Of a stretch of DNA of 64,000 bases, positions 50,263 to 63,493 are shown piece by piece; position 1 is the stretch's first letter; each line of letters opens with the position of its first letter. Under the pieces are notes generated by a model. It had not been told where the DNA came from. It made no database searches and worked only from the letters and a program-made list of their open reading frames with translations. The DNA is from Octopus sinensis (taxonomy: Eukaryota). The DNA lies in contig NC_042998.1 in the NCBI RefSeq assembly GCF_006345805.1, forward strand, positions 141,856,001-141,920,000, written 5' to 3'. Both the position numbers and the translations under genes were made by a program.

Positions 50263-50552
50263 GTTTTTTTTTTTTTTTAATGAATAATGGTTATTCTTGC
50301 GTGTGTAAAACGAAATTTTGTGTTAGAAAAATGTGACAGGTTTGTTGTATCTCGGGAGGGTCATTAAATGATGCCAATGATAAACACATGCACTAGTCCT
50401 ATTTCACTTCTTTGTTATTTCTATAACTAGTTGACCAACTAAATATAACCATCTAAATAATGAATTGATTGGTCATTCGGTTAATCAATTAAGCATTTCG
50501 CCTGGCTTGCTAACGATTCTGCCGGCTCGCCACCTTCAAGTACAACTAATAT

Positions 50553-51359
50553 TGGTTTCAAATTTTGGCACAAAGGCAGCAACTTGGGGGAAGGGGAAAG
50601 TTGATTACAACGGCTCCAGTACTCATCTGGTACTTATTTTAATCGATCTCAAAAGAATGAAAAGTAAAGACGACCTCAGCGGAATTTGAACTCAGAACGT
50701 GATGATGGACGAAATACCTATTTCTTTACTACCCACAAGGGGCTAAACACAGAGAGAACAAACAAGGACAGACAAAACGGATTAAGTCGATTATTTCGAC
50801 TCCAGTGCGTACCTGGTACTTATTTAATCGACCCCGAAAGGATGAAAGGCCAAGTCGACCTCGGCGGAATTTGAACTCAGAATGTAGCAGCAGACGAAAT
50901 ACCTATTTCTTTACTACCCACAAGGGGCTAAACACAAAGAGGACAAACAAGGACAGACAAACGGATTAAGTCGATTATATCGACCCCAGTGCGTAACTGG
51001 TACTTATTTAATTGACCCCGAAAAGATGAAAGGCAAAGTCGACCTCGGCGGAATTTGAACTCAGAACGTAGCGACGGGCGAAATACCTATTTCTTTACTA
51101 CCCACAAGGGGCTAAACATAGAGAGGACAAACAAGGACAGGCAAACGGATTAAGTCGATTACATCGACCCCAGTGCGTAACTGGTACTTAATTTATCGAC
51201 CCCGAAAGGATGAAAGGCAAAGTCGACCTCGGCGGAATTTGAACTCAGAACGTAACGACAGACGAAATACGGCTTCGCAATTTGCCCGGCGTGCTAACGT
51301 TTCTGCCAGCTCGCCGCTAAGTATTTCGCTCGGCATGCTAACGATTCTGTCAGTTCATT
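50553..51359 (-). mobile_element. Nested/tandem SINE family A array (three Tx1-tailed units of about 184 bp inside an older SINE)
   Basis: GAAATAC at 50711, 50896, 51080, 51264; old head 51317-51359, old body 50553-50718. Confidence 0.9.
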
Positions 51360-51924
51360 GCATTTAGGTACAACTAATATTAAAATGATAACTGAATGGG
51401 CTACCGAGATGAGCCAAAAGTGGAGATGTATAGAATACAAATGCTATCCAAGAAAAAAAAATAGCCAAAAAAAACAACGGTAAACTGTCATCATCGTCTT
51501 AGTTATTTGTGGGATTGCTACGAGGAAGAAGTCCTTTTTAGTTACAACTAATGCAAAAACGAGAACTGGGTGCACTAGCAAGATGAGCAAAAAGGGGAGT
51601 GCAAATGCTATCACAAGATTTCTTTAGCAAGAGTTAAAATTAGTCCAAGAAAAACTAAGCTATCATCAGCTTTGTTATTACCGTGATACCGCTTTGAGGA
51701 AAATATAGGTTTCAAATTTTGGCATAAGAACAATAATTTCGACTGACACTTATTATATTGACCCCCTAAGTGTGAAAGGCAAATTCGACTTCGGTGGAAT
51801 TCAGAACATAAAGACGGGCGAAATGTCACTAAGCATTTTGTTCAGGATGCTAACAATTCTACCAGCTCGCTGCCCCAGTTACAACAAATATTAAAACGAA
51901 ATAGGTAACATGTCTGCGGTTTTT

Positions 51925-52090
51925 TAACTCAATTTTTCTGACGAGTCAAGATTTGCTTTGTTATCTGACAATAGTGGTGTTTGGGTTGGAGTGGCCCATT
52001 CAAGAGTTTGATATAACCAAGCTACAATCAAAAGCCAAATGTGTTGGGGGCATTTGTTATGGTTAGCGGAGCTACCTGAAACAGTGAGAG
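51925..52090 (+). pseudogene. Tc1 transposase fragment
   Basis: FSDESRFALLSDNSGVWV. Confidence 0.55.
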
Positions 52091-53251
52091 ATCAGATTTA
52101 GCAGAATGTTTCGGTTTTATTATAAATTAGCTTAAAAGCCGCCCTATTGTGCGGCTTTTAAGTTAGCTCCTGTGGAGAGCTCTTCATTAGGCTTTGGGCC
52201 CAACAACAGCATTTTATGCATTGAGTATATATTAAATTTTATTAAGCTTGAACAATATTTTTCAAGCAATAAATAATTTTCATCAAAATAATGATAATTT
52301 GTCGACTTGGAACTTATTGCAAAGCTACATGATAAACAACATTGTTTTTGTCTTCCCATTCGGGGGTCAGTACAATTTCTTTTCTATCTAACTTCTTTCT
52401 TCCTCTCTCTTTTTCTGTTGATTGTTTTCAACCATCACCATCACCAATACCACCACCATCGCCACCACAACTGTCATACACACATCATTCTGACTTCTGA
52501 CACCACCACGATCAATACCTTTGACTTCGACGCCTTTCCCTCCATCACCATCACCATCACCATCACTTACTCTCACCATCATCCCTGACCACCACCACCA
52601 CCGCTTCTATCACAACTGCAGCTCATACTATTACTATCACCCCATTACCATCACAAAAAGGCTAAATGTGTGTGTTCGTTCAGTATGTTATTCAGGGTAC
52701 TTCTTCAGTGTTTAGTCCCTCTTTCTCTCACATACCCACTCATTCTCTCTCTATTATTATTAAGAGTGGAGGGTCTAAGTGTGACACACTGACACACAGA
52801 AATTAGTTTTCGCATTTATTATATTAGATATATCTTTTATCTTTTATTTGTGTCAGTCATTGGACTCCGGCCATACCGGGGCACTGCCTTTAATGATTTA
52901 GTCGAACACTTGTTCGACTAAATCATAAAGGCAGTGCCCCAGTACTTATTTTATCGATTTCTTTTGTCGAACCGCGAAGTTACGGGAATGTAAACAAGCC
53001 AACACTAATTGTCAAGCAATGGTTAGAAACACACACACACACACACACATACACACGCCACATACACACTCACACGCACGCACGCACGCACGCACACACA
53101 CACATACATACATACATACATACATACATACATACATACATACATACATACATACATACATACATACATACATACATACATACATACATACATACATACA
53201 TACATACATACATACATACGCACACATTATTCTTTAACAAAACTAGTTTTC

Positions 53252-53295
53252 ACAGTACTTCACAGTTTCGGCCTAATAAGATATCATCAGACCGT
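53252..53295 (-). ncRNA. Degenerate hammerhead-like motif
   Basis: ACGG(U)-CUGAUGA-weak stem II-GAAA-CUgugaAG-UA-CUGU. Confidence 0.4.
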
Positions 53296-54147
53296 CCGAT
53301 TGTGGCTTAGCTGGCAAAATTTCGAAGTTACTGCCAAAGCAATTCTCGTTAAAGAATGATAAATTTGTACACTACAAAAAGTATCAAGTAATCCTTCAGC
53401 TTAATGTAAAATTGTTTTTATCATATTGGATGGGCTTCCTTAGTTTCCTTATTGGTGGGCCTGGAACTATAATAGAAGACACTTGCCTAAGGTGCCACTG
53501 CGCAGTGGGATCAACCCGAAACCACGCGATTGCAAAGCGAGTTTCTTAACCACACAAAGTAATATCAATACTTTTTAAATGGTCAAACTGCAACAAAGCA
53601 GATCTATGCTTACACAAGATGGAACTTTATGTCTCAATATAAATAGATAATTGAAACAATGAATAAATAAATAAAATGGAAGGCGGAAAATGGTATCAAA
53701 GGATCTCTTTGACCAAATCAGTCCTCTGGCATCACGTCTATAGACTGACTCCATAGAACATAGAACATGTATAACTAATGCAAGACAACATTTTATGTAA
53801 CAAGTAAAAGGGGGAAAATCGGTCAGAACTGGCGAATAATTTTTGTCAAACATTGATCAGAAATATCTGGAGCTTTAATTTCAGAATTCAATAATTCTCT
53901 GCCTAAACGAATTTACTGATCATAAGGCAGCTAAAAGAATATCATCAAAGAAATAATTGCTCGAAATTTCTTTCCTTCTTTCCTGTTAAAATTGTTACAG
54001 TAAATGATGGAGACTATTGACGTTTTACATATCCCTGTACATACATAGATATAAACATAAATACATACATACATGTAATATATGTTAGGTATATATTATA
54101 TATATATATAATGTACACACACACATGCACGCACACACACACATATA

Positions 54148-55009
54148 CGAGGATTGATCAATAAGTATCCGGACTGTTGCCATAGTAACGAAGCCAAAAT
54201 ACGCAGAGTGAAGCCACTGTGGAAAGATTGACCTTGAACTCTGCTGTGAATGCGCACTAAGTTTTAATGTTCGAGCTCACTTCGGCTGTTTAGGGTAGCG
54301 CTTAGAAGGAAGGCATGTAGCGTGTGATTGTCGCATTGACCATAACAGAGAAAATTGTCATGGCGATACCTGCTCAGAGGCCTGCGTAAAGTTGCAGAAA
54401 GTGTATGGAGAGGAGTGTATGAGCCGCACACAAGCGTATGAGTGATTCAGACGTTTCCAAGATGGCCGAAAAAATGTCGATATTGGCGAACTGAGAAAAA
54501 CATCACAGATGTGCGTGCAGCTGTAAGAGGAAATCGTCGAATCACTATCCGTGAGATATCAGGGGATGTGCAGATTAGTTACGGTTCAGTTCAGTCCATT
54601 ATCACTGAAGATTTGGGTATGTGACACGTGTCTGCCAAGTTTGTGCTAAAACTGCTTTCAGCTGATCAAAAAGACACTGGGGTTTGCACAAGATCTTCTT
54701 GATTGTGTCGAGAATGATGAAAACCTTTTGAAAACTTTGCGTTGGTCTCTGAACAGGTGTCGCCAAGATTTTGGCAAAATTTGATGCAGATTCTCTGCTC
54801 AACTTTCTCTGTTATGGTTAATGCGACGACCACACGCTACACACCTTCCTTCCAAGCACTGCTGTAAACAGCGGAAGTGAGCTCGAACGTTAAAACTTAG
54901 TGCGCATGCACAGAAGGGTTCCAGGTCAATCTTTGCCAAGCGGCTTCACTCTAAGTGTTTTAGTTTCGATACTATGGCAACAGTCCGGATACTTATTGAT
55001 CAGACCATG
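54148..55009 (+). mobile_element. Mariner-derived non-autonomous element with inverted repeats of about 210 bp
   Basis: TA-flanked ends TGATCAATAAGTATCCGGACTGTTGCCATAG; central HTH remnant (LQKVYGEECMSRTQ, NRRITIREIS..SYGSVQSIITEDLGM). Confidence 0.88.
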
Positions 55010-55045
<36 letters not shown>

Positions 55046-55579
55046 TGTATGTATGTATGTATATTATATATAACTATGCATACGTACCTACATATACACA
55101 TGCATACATACATATATTGCGAAATGCGAGAGAGTATCTTTAAGATATCTTCCAATAAAGTATGATGATGTGGCTAAAACAATATGGAACACACTAAGAA
55201 AAAGACAAACACCAACAGACCCAAGATATACTTTCAGTTTCATACCTATTATTATTGGAAGAGCAGGATATGTATCAATCCCTCTGGAGCAAAATATCGG
55301 TAAACCGGGATTCTAGGATGGGTGGTGCTACTTTTAGATTCATGCACAGCTAATAATTATGATACATGGGACTATTCTACAAGACTGCCTTAAGATTTAA
55401 AGGATGGTGAACAAAATAAGATGCTTTCATTCACGAGCTTGCTTTCAAGCAAGAAGCCGGTTGAAACTAACTTTAATTAAAAAGAGAAAAGGAATAACGT
55501 ACATACATACAAACATTAGTACACACACATATATACGTTCATAAGTACACATACATACATACATACATACATACATACA

Positions 55580-55613
<34 letters not shown>

Positions 55614-55995
55614 CATATAGAGTGTCCGTAAAGTTACTATACAGTTATTTGTTATAATGAAGTGCCAAAAATCTTCAATACTTCTTGGCTTCCTCTGACT
55701 TACAAACTGTTCGCAAGATTGAGACCTGCGATCAGGATCATCCTCCAGAAGTCCTTGAATTAGACGCGGATGTAAGGTTTCGTATTGAGTTTTGTAAGTA
55801 TTTTATGAAGTGATGTTCGTTTGATACCAGTTTCTGAACTACCACGGCGAATTGATTTCTTTGGGCTTCTCAGCAACCGTATCATAGAGTTTATGTATGT
55901 CTGGTAAATAATCCGTATTTAGAACTTCGTGTGTATTCATGTATGCATGTATGTCTTTCATATCGTGACATTGGCCCACGCGCGCACACACACAC

Positions 55996-56039
<44 letters not shown>

Positions 56040-56876
56040 CACAAACAAGAGCTAAACGTTAGTAATTACACGAATCAGTCAAGATACGTAGTAATATAAA
56101 TATTTAATTATAGCATAATAGAATATATTATATTAATGAAGGTAATTATTGTATAGAGAATCTTCTGGCAAATATTTAAGACAAAACTAATTGTGTTGCT
56201 TTTTCGCCTGAATCATATTCCTTTTGGCATCTCTGTCTTGTCTTGGAGTAGATTCTCCAAATGAATAATGAATGAATTCCAGAGTCAAATCTTTTATCTT
56301 CTTTTACTTGTTTCAATCATTGGACTGCGGCCATACTGCTCTGAAGGGTTTATCGAACAAATCGACCCTAGTGCTTTATTTTTAAGCCTGATATTTATTC
56401 TATCGTTCTCCTTTTGCCGAACCGCTGATTTACGGGGACGTAAACAAACCAACACAGGTTGTCAAATGATGGGAAAGGTAGCAAGTATAAACACAAAGAC
56501 ACACATACATAAATATATAAATATAAATATATACCATAGGTTTCCATACAATTTCCGTTTACCAAATTCACTCACAGGCTTTGGTCGGCCGGAACTATGG
56601 TAGCTAACACTTGTCCAAAGTGCCACACAATGTTTTTAACCGCACGGCCATGCCAGTGCCTTAAAAATATCAAATTTAGATTCAGATGAAGACATTGCAC
56701 GAAACAAGGGAAGCTGTACAATGAAGACATGTTGATACTCAATCCAGATAAAACAGGCCAAAGAATACAAGCGTTCCGGCCGTGACTGTCTCGTCTTTCT
56801 GTATAGTTAAAATAAGTTTTCCAGTGTAAGACAGTATGTTGTGGTTAGAAGAAAAGTTCCCAATAATTTGGAAATC

Positions 56877-56928
<52 letters not shown>

Positions 56929-58183
56929 TGTGTGTGTGTGCATGTGTGTGTGCGTGTGTGTGTATCGCGTGGAGATTCTTCACCTGCGTGCATAGTGCGA
57001 AAGTGGATTGATGAACATTTAGCGAAGGCACCAGATATACATTACAAAATGCAAAAAATAAATATAAACAAAAAGGAAAATAGATATGGAAAAAATTAAA
57101 TAAGGTGAAAATGAAATAAAATAACAATAACAAAAATTGATTCACAGTTGTGTATCAGAAGATCGGTTATTGTTAGCAAACTGTCGAGGCATTTTAAGGA
57201 TTTAACGTATCCGAAAGACATTAATAGTTTTAAGAATAAGCGATGGTTCCTAAAGGTTAGTATAACGGTACGAGATATAGATTAGTTATCATGGTTATAA
57301 GTTAGTGTTCTCAAATCTAATGTATTGAGCCGTTTATTAGAAATAAATTAGAAGGCAGGAGAGAAAAAACACAAGATATATAAGAAGAATGAACATTTTA
57401 GAGGAATTATTTTAAAATGTTAATGATCCATGTTAACACTGATAACTATCATCTCTTCATACAGATGGCGTCTCTGAATTATATTTTTTCCATAGAGTTT
57501 ATTTTTCTACAAGCTCCTTTTAGTATAAGCACTCGAAATGATGAGAATCAACATAAAGATGTGCACATTTATTTTGTTAACACACTGTGATATACTAGAA
57601 CGTGTAAATCTCTATAGACATGGAGTCAAAAACACATCAAGTCGTGCTTCAAATAATGTCAGCGGACTACCAGACATTGTGTTTCGGTGTGATTTTCCCT
57701 CCACAGTTACAGATACTACATCGGTCAGATCGAGCTCAACTGGAACTTAATAATTAGAACTCTGCAAGCAATACATTTTTGTTGGAGTGTGTTCAGGCAT
57801 TCCAAGATGGAATTAACTTAGTGCAAGTACACAAAGAAGCGAGAGTCAAAATTTTTCTCTGTGACAAAATTCCACAGCGAATGCATTTCATGTTTCAGCT
57901 AACAGACCTGTGTTAATAATGCATGTATAATATCTACATATATTCTTATATAATTATTTAGTGATTTATTTATCATTAATTCACTAAATGCACTAAGAAT
58001 TATGTTTCGTTGCGTTCAGAACAAAACATTATTTAGGTTATGTCCTGTAGAGACAACCGAAATAAGTAGAAGACTGAGTTGACTAATATTATTGTTCTCT
58101 TTCTTTTTAATTCTCACTACGTATATATTTCTTTCAAGCTTTTTAACATTGCATTCATGAGATACATAAATACTATATATATT

Positions 58184-58225
58184 ACTAGCATTAAAGACCC
58201 GTCGTTGCCGGGTCATAGTGCTAGT
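58184..58225. mobile_element. Symmetric double Helitron-like terminator
   Basis: ACTAGCA-ttaaa-GACCCGtcgttgcCGGGTC-atag-TGCTAGT. Confidence 0.55.
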
Positions 58226-58599
58226 GCATGTATATATGTGTATATATATGTGTACATATTACATGTACATCTATATATATACATCTACACATAAAATGCA
58301 AAATACAAAGTTATATCTTGATATCGCTAGTGATAACAATACTCAAAATATATAACAGACTGGAATGGTTTTATTATTACCCACAAGGGGTGAACATAGA
58401 GGGGACAATACAATCTGATGTGGGGTCAGATACACGAATGGAGTTACACAAAGATGAGTTTAAAAATTCAATAAAATACAAATATAAATCGAATGGAGAA
58501 CAGACCGGAAGACATTACGGATGGAGTGGGAGCGGGTTTAGCTCGGACCCCACGAGCCCCGCCTCCCCACTGATACTTTGGTTTCATCTAGTTTTACAT

Positions 58600-61500
58600 T
58601 TATGTGATATCATCCACTCGCAACTTTCGTGCTACATCCTTCCATCGTTCTTCATACACTCTCTTAGTCAGGCATTTTCTCTCCAGCCCTATCTTCCTTT
58701 TTAGGTGAAATATGAAGTAATTCATCAATCCAGGTCCGGAGATGAACTTGCCTGACCGTAAACCTTTCATTCTAGTCTTCCAAATCACCTCTTTCGCAAT
58801 TGCTACTACAACGAGAAAACAATTCTTACATTCTTTCGCGAGGAAATCTGGTGGATCAATTTTTATAATAGACTCAGTCGATAGCTGTACTCTTCGTGTG
58901 CTTGACAACAGCTGTTCGGCATAAACTCACACCTCAGACACGACCGAACAATGAACAATAGCGTGCGGGACGGTTTCCCTATCCCGCCCGCATCTTGGAC
59001 ATATCGGACTGTCTTGGCCACCGTGCCTTGCGAGTTTATCCCGAACAGGTAGAGCTCCTCTGTAGCATTGCCATGCCAGAGACTTCTGGAAGTTGTCCAG
59101 GGTCTTCGGCTCGAACGTACGTCGGAACAGACTGGCCAGCTGATTATCGTCGAGACCTAGGGTTTCCCCCAAGGTATCTTCACATTCTGCCTCTACCAAC
59201 CCTCTATAGAAGAATGTGGTGGAACCCCCACCGCAGGCGTTGCCCGAGCGACGGAATAGCAGGAGAGCCTTGCGACACTCCGTGTACCATGTGCCCAGTT
59301 TCGATCTACGATTCAGCCAGGTTTCCCATCCACCGAAACTAGTGAACTTGGGAAACATCAGTTTTGCTAGCGGAGACCACACCCGTTCACCATCCAGGTA
59401 GAGCCACAGATGTCTTAACCTCAGCCCATCCTTTAACGGTTGTTGACAGCAAGTAGAGCGTTTCACAAGTGGTTTCCCGCCCTTCCACAAGAAGTAGAAG
59501 AGCTGTCTTTCCAACTTGTTCAACCACGAATCAGTGCAAGAACGACGGAAAGGCGGTAGGTGATAACCGATGCGATAAACACATTGGCTACCTCCGCCCT
59601 CCCTTTCAGGGATAGCCACCGCCAAGACCAGGTCTTGGCTACTGTAGTCACCCTGCTCGATACCTCGCCCCAATTCTTCTCTATTTGGAGGTCTGGACCG
59701 AACCAAACCCCTAGCAACTTAATCGGACCCTCCGTCCAACGTCCCACGACGCTGTCAGGAGGCATCGACTTGCCTCTCCAGGTGCCGAGTTGCAAGCCGA
59801 CTGATTTGTCACCGTCTCGTAAACCTCTATGGCCTTGCCTACCCTCTGTAGGTGATCCATTTCGGTTACGATGATGGTGATGTCATCCGCGTACGCTGAC
59901 ACCGATCTTCCACAACTTGGCTGTCTCGGGATGCCGCTCAGTTTTCGCAGTAATGGCTCAAGAGCCACCACGTACAAAAGCGGGGAGAGCGGACACCCTT
60001 GACGAACCGAGCGCTTGATGTTGAACGGCTTCGACAAGAAGCCGTTCACCCGAACTACCGAGTCGATGTTATCGTAAATTTGGATAATCCACCTGAAGAA
60101 GCCAAGGCCCAGTCCGAACTGTGCCAAGGCAGACACCAGGTAGCGATGGTTGACCCTATCGAATGCTTTAGATTGGTCTAAATGGACCAGTGCCACACCC
60201 TTGCCAGAATCACTATTAAACCCCTCTATAGTGTACCGCATAAGATGGAGATTATCCTGAATGGTTCTGCCGGGAACGGCACATGTCTGTGCCTCCCCGA
60301 TCAGACCATCCGCGACACGCGCCAATCTTTTCGATAACACTTTGGCCAAAATCTTCAACTCTGTGTTTAGCAGAGTGATGAGCCTGAAATTATCAATGCA
60401 CTCCCCCTTGCTCGGGTCCTTTCTCACGAGTGTCACTACTCCCCGGCGCACAGATCTGGGTATGAACCCGTTCTGCTGCCAGTTCGCATAGACCTCCGCC
60501 AGTAGGTGCCCGAACAAGTCTGGCATTCTCTTATATAACTCATAGGGTAGACCATCTAAACCCGGTGCCTTGCCCGCGCCGCAGTCCGCCATCGCCTCAA
60601 CCACCTCCTCAGGCGTGATTGGCCCTTCACAGCCCTCCGCATCTCGCCCCGATAGGTGCGGCAGCCCGTCGAGGAGGTCCTATCCAGTCCGCCGCCTCCA
60701 CCGAAAAGCTGAGCGAAGTGCTCCTGAAAGGCCTCACACATCTTCTCGGGCTCGTTTATCAACTCACCTTGTTGGTTCGTCATAGATCGAATTGTGGCGT
60801 CATTACCACGCTGAGCTTCCACCACTCGGGCCCATCTCACGGCGTTGATTCCTTCACAACCCATTGCGCAGATCCTAGCCCTGACAATGCAGCCCATGTG
60901 TTTGGCCTCGAGGTGCTGGTTTAACGCCAGTCTCTTGGCCGTCACCTGAGCCGCAGAGCCAGTTTTCAAGACTTCCTCTAATTCCTTAGCTAGAGTAGAT
61001 TCCCTCCCAGCCTCTCTAGCCACTAATCCTATGCTATATCTAATAGAATCGAATTTGATGGCTCACTTGAGGGCATACCACCATTTGTTATTAATGATGG
61101 CACCAGATAGCGCCCTCTGAATTATAGTCCTAATCCGGTCTCTGTACTCCTTAATCGCCAAAAGGGACGTATTAAGTTTCCAATAACCGAGCCTCTATTT
61201 TTAACCATATCTATGTCAAGCTTACAGGTGACCATTTTATGATCACTGTAGCTGACCAGGTAAAACTGTGGACACTTAGCTATTTTTCTGTCTACTTTTC
61301 AAATTAGTATCCTATCTATGTATGACCTGGAAGATCCGTCGCTGCTTGACCATGTCCACAATGGAGCGTTCGGAAATTCCAACCTATAAGGATCTGCTAG
61401 CTCAAAGCGGCTTAGCAGTTCCAGGAAGCCAATGTTACCTTTTCTATCTGGACGCAAGCTAACACAATCTACATCCGCTTTGCAAATTGTGTTAAAGTCT

Positions 61501-61920
61501 CCTAGCACAACTAATGAATGCGAAGTACCAAGAAAGTTTTCCAGTTCTCGAAAATAATCACTTTGCCCTTTTTGGTTGGGTGCGTAAATTGCAACCAGTC
61601 TGATAACTTTACCGCTACTGAACGTCAAATCCATGACGACCAGCCTACCTTCTGGGTCTGAAAACATTAACTTTTTCTCAAAAACCCGGTTTCTTTTTAA
61701 TAGGACCAACACCCCACCCCCGCCGGTAGGACTGGCCGGAGAGAAAAAAACTCTCGTAGCCGTCAAACAGCGGAAGTAGACCTCTTGGCCCCTCTAACCG
61801 GGTTTCTGTAGCAACAATAACATCCAAATTATGCGACCTGATATCATTAAGGAAGCGACCTTGCTTCCAGTTTGATCCCAGTCCGCGCACATTTAAACAA
61901 CCAACATAAATGTAATCCAT
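58600..61920 (-). pseudogene. Tx1 ORF2 (APE endonuclease-reverse transcriptase), broken into several pieces
   Basis: ORF fragments 61678-61920, 61299-61766, 60556-61023, 59711-60604, 59520-59795, 58927-59706, 58600-58908. Confidence 0.92.
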
Positions 61921-61962
61921 GACTTACCTTATATCAGTGGTTCGACTTTTTCTTTCTCTTCT

Positions 61963-63273
61963 TCACTTGTATCTTTTTCCCGGACTCGTGGGGGAGTCTG
62001 ACGCAGGCCTTCGTATATATATGTCGATTCTGAGAGGGCCCACGTCATGAAAAAATTCGGACTTCATCCGTCCGTAATCCCTCCGGCCTATTCTGTACAG
62101 TATGAAATCATTAAAAAAAAATTTCTTTTCTACTTTGGCCATAGCTGCCAACACATTAATGAGTCTATTATTTGAGGCCTTAATGGCCATAAATGAGTTC
62201 AATGTTTCTTTTTTTTCTTTTGGTTCACTTTCGGAGGGGTGGTTTCACTTTTTCTTTATTTTCTAGTGATTTTTGACCACCCCTCCTCATTTTTCGTTTC
62301 CTCGCTTTTTGTTTCTTCTGTTACCTCTGCCGCTGATTCTGTTGTATCTGTCACCTCCTCACCTTCAGTTGTCCCTTCTGGGCTGTCTGGCGTTGTTTCT
62401 GGTGACACTTCTTCCATTTTTTTTCTGGCTGAGCTGCTTCCTGCGGTTTGGGTTGGCACTCTGCCCTCACATGCCCTTTCTTACCGCAGCCGAAGCACCT
62501 CGGCTTTCTGCCCTCCACGAAGACCACGACTCTTTCCTCCTCACTGATTTTCAGTGTCTCTGGTATTTCTTCGAGGGTTTGTACCTCTGCCTCGATGGCC
62601 ATTGAGATACGCTGCCCTTTCCAGCTTTCCTCCTCTTCTACTGTAGCCTGGAGGATGTTTATTTTGTCCTCCAGGCCTGCCAAAATTGCTGCCACCAGAC
62701 ATGTGGCGTCCGCTTCTGGGGGAATATTGTTGATTGTTATTCTTGAGATTCTTTTGCCTCTATACAGGGAGAGGAGAACAATATTCTCTGCTTTCATAGG
62801 TTCCGTAGATAGCTTTTTGGCTATTTCTTCCGTTGCAAATCTCACTTCCACTGTACCGTATTTTTTCCCGCGATTAATGTAAGTAATCTTATTCCATATC
62901 GGCTTTAGGCAATTTTCGATCTTTTTTCCTCTATTCTTTGAATAGACTTGCTTGTAATATTGAACGTTTTGTATATGATTCTTTTCTTTTCAATTTCTTC
63001 TTGTTTTTGGACATTCGTAAACACCATTACTTCTGTGCCCTCCTTTTTAAAACAGTCTGCGTATTTTTCCAGGTTCTCTGTATTTATTTTTTTAACTTTC
63101 TTCCCGGCCACTTCGGAAAACTTCCTAGATGGCGCTGGGGTTTCTTCTTTTCTCGGCGACACCGCCGGTGAACTCTCGTCACTTGTCACTGGTGAACTGG
63201 AGATATCGGAGTCCATCTCCGAAGACTGGCTTAACAAGCCTTTCAATACAACAAAATTGTTTCGGCTTCGCAA
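61963..63273 (-). pseudogene. Tx1 ORF1 (gag-like, CCHC knuckle), frameshifted
   Basis: Fragments 62905-63273, 62351-62851, 62256-62459, 61963-62202. Confidence 0.8.
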
Positions 63274-63493
63274 GCCTCAAATGTATGTGCAAATAAACAG
63301 TAATAAACGAGGGCTTCGTGTTAGAGTCCTCCCCTCCGTGGGGGGGGGATTCTAACACGAAGCCCTCGCGCGAAGGCTGATAATAATTATTGCACAAAAA
63401 CAGACAATATAGACAAAATCAACAGTACTTCAATATAACAGTGGAATATAACAGTGGAAATAGAACAACTTACAATATATAACAGACTGGAAT

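Larger units (their letters stand above)
58367..63473 (-). mobile_element. Tx1/L1-clade LINE, near full length, frameshifted
   Basis: ORF1 with CFGCGKKGHVRAEC knuckle; ORF2 APE (CLNVRGL, IYAPN, GDFN, IDRILI), RT (PGLDGLP, DQSKAFDRV, RQGCPLSP, YADD), CPRC..H..C finger; 20-bp direct repeats 58347-58366 / 63474-63493. Confidence 0.95.

Noticed and set aside
50711-51316. Regular 184-bp array as CRISPR-like
   Set aside because: Whole units repeat with no unique spacers; eukaryotic SINE bodies; no cas genes
58995-60924. Plus-strand ORFs of 60-115 aa
   Set aside because: Antisense shadows of the GC-richer Tx1 ORF2
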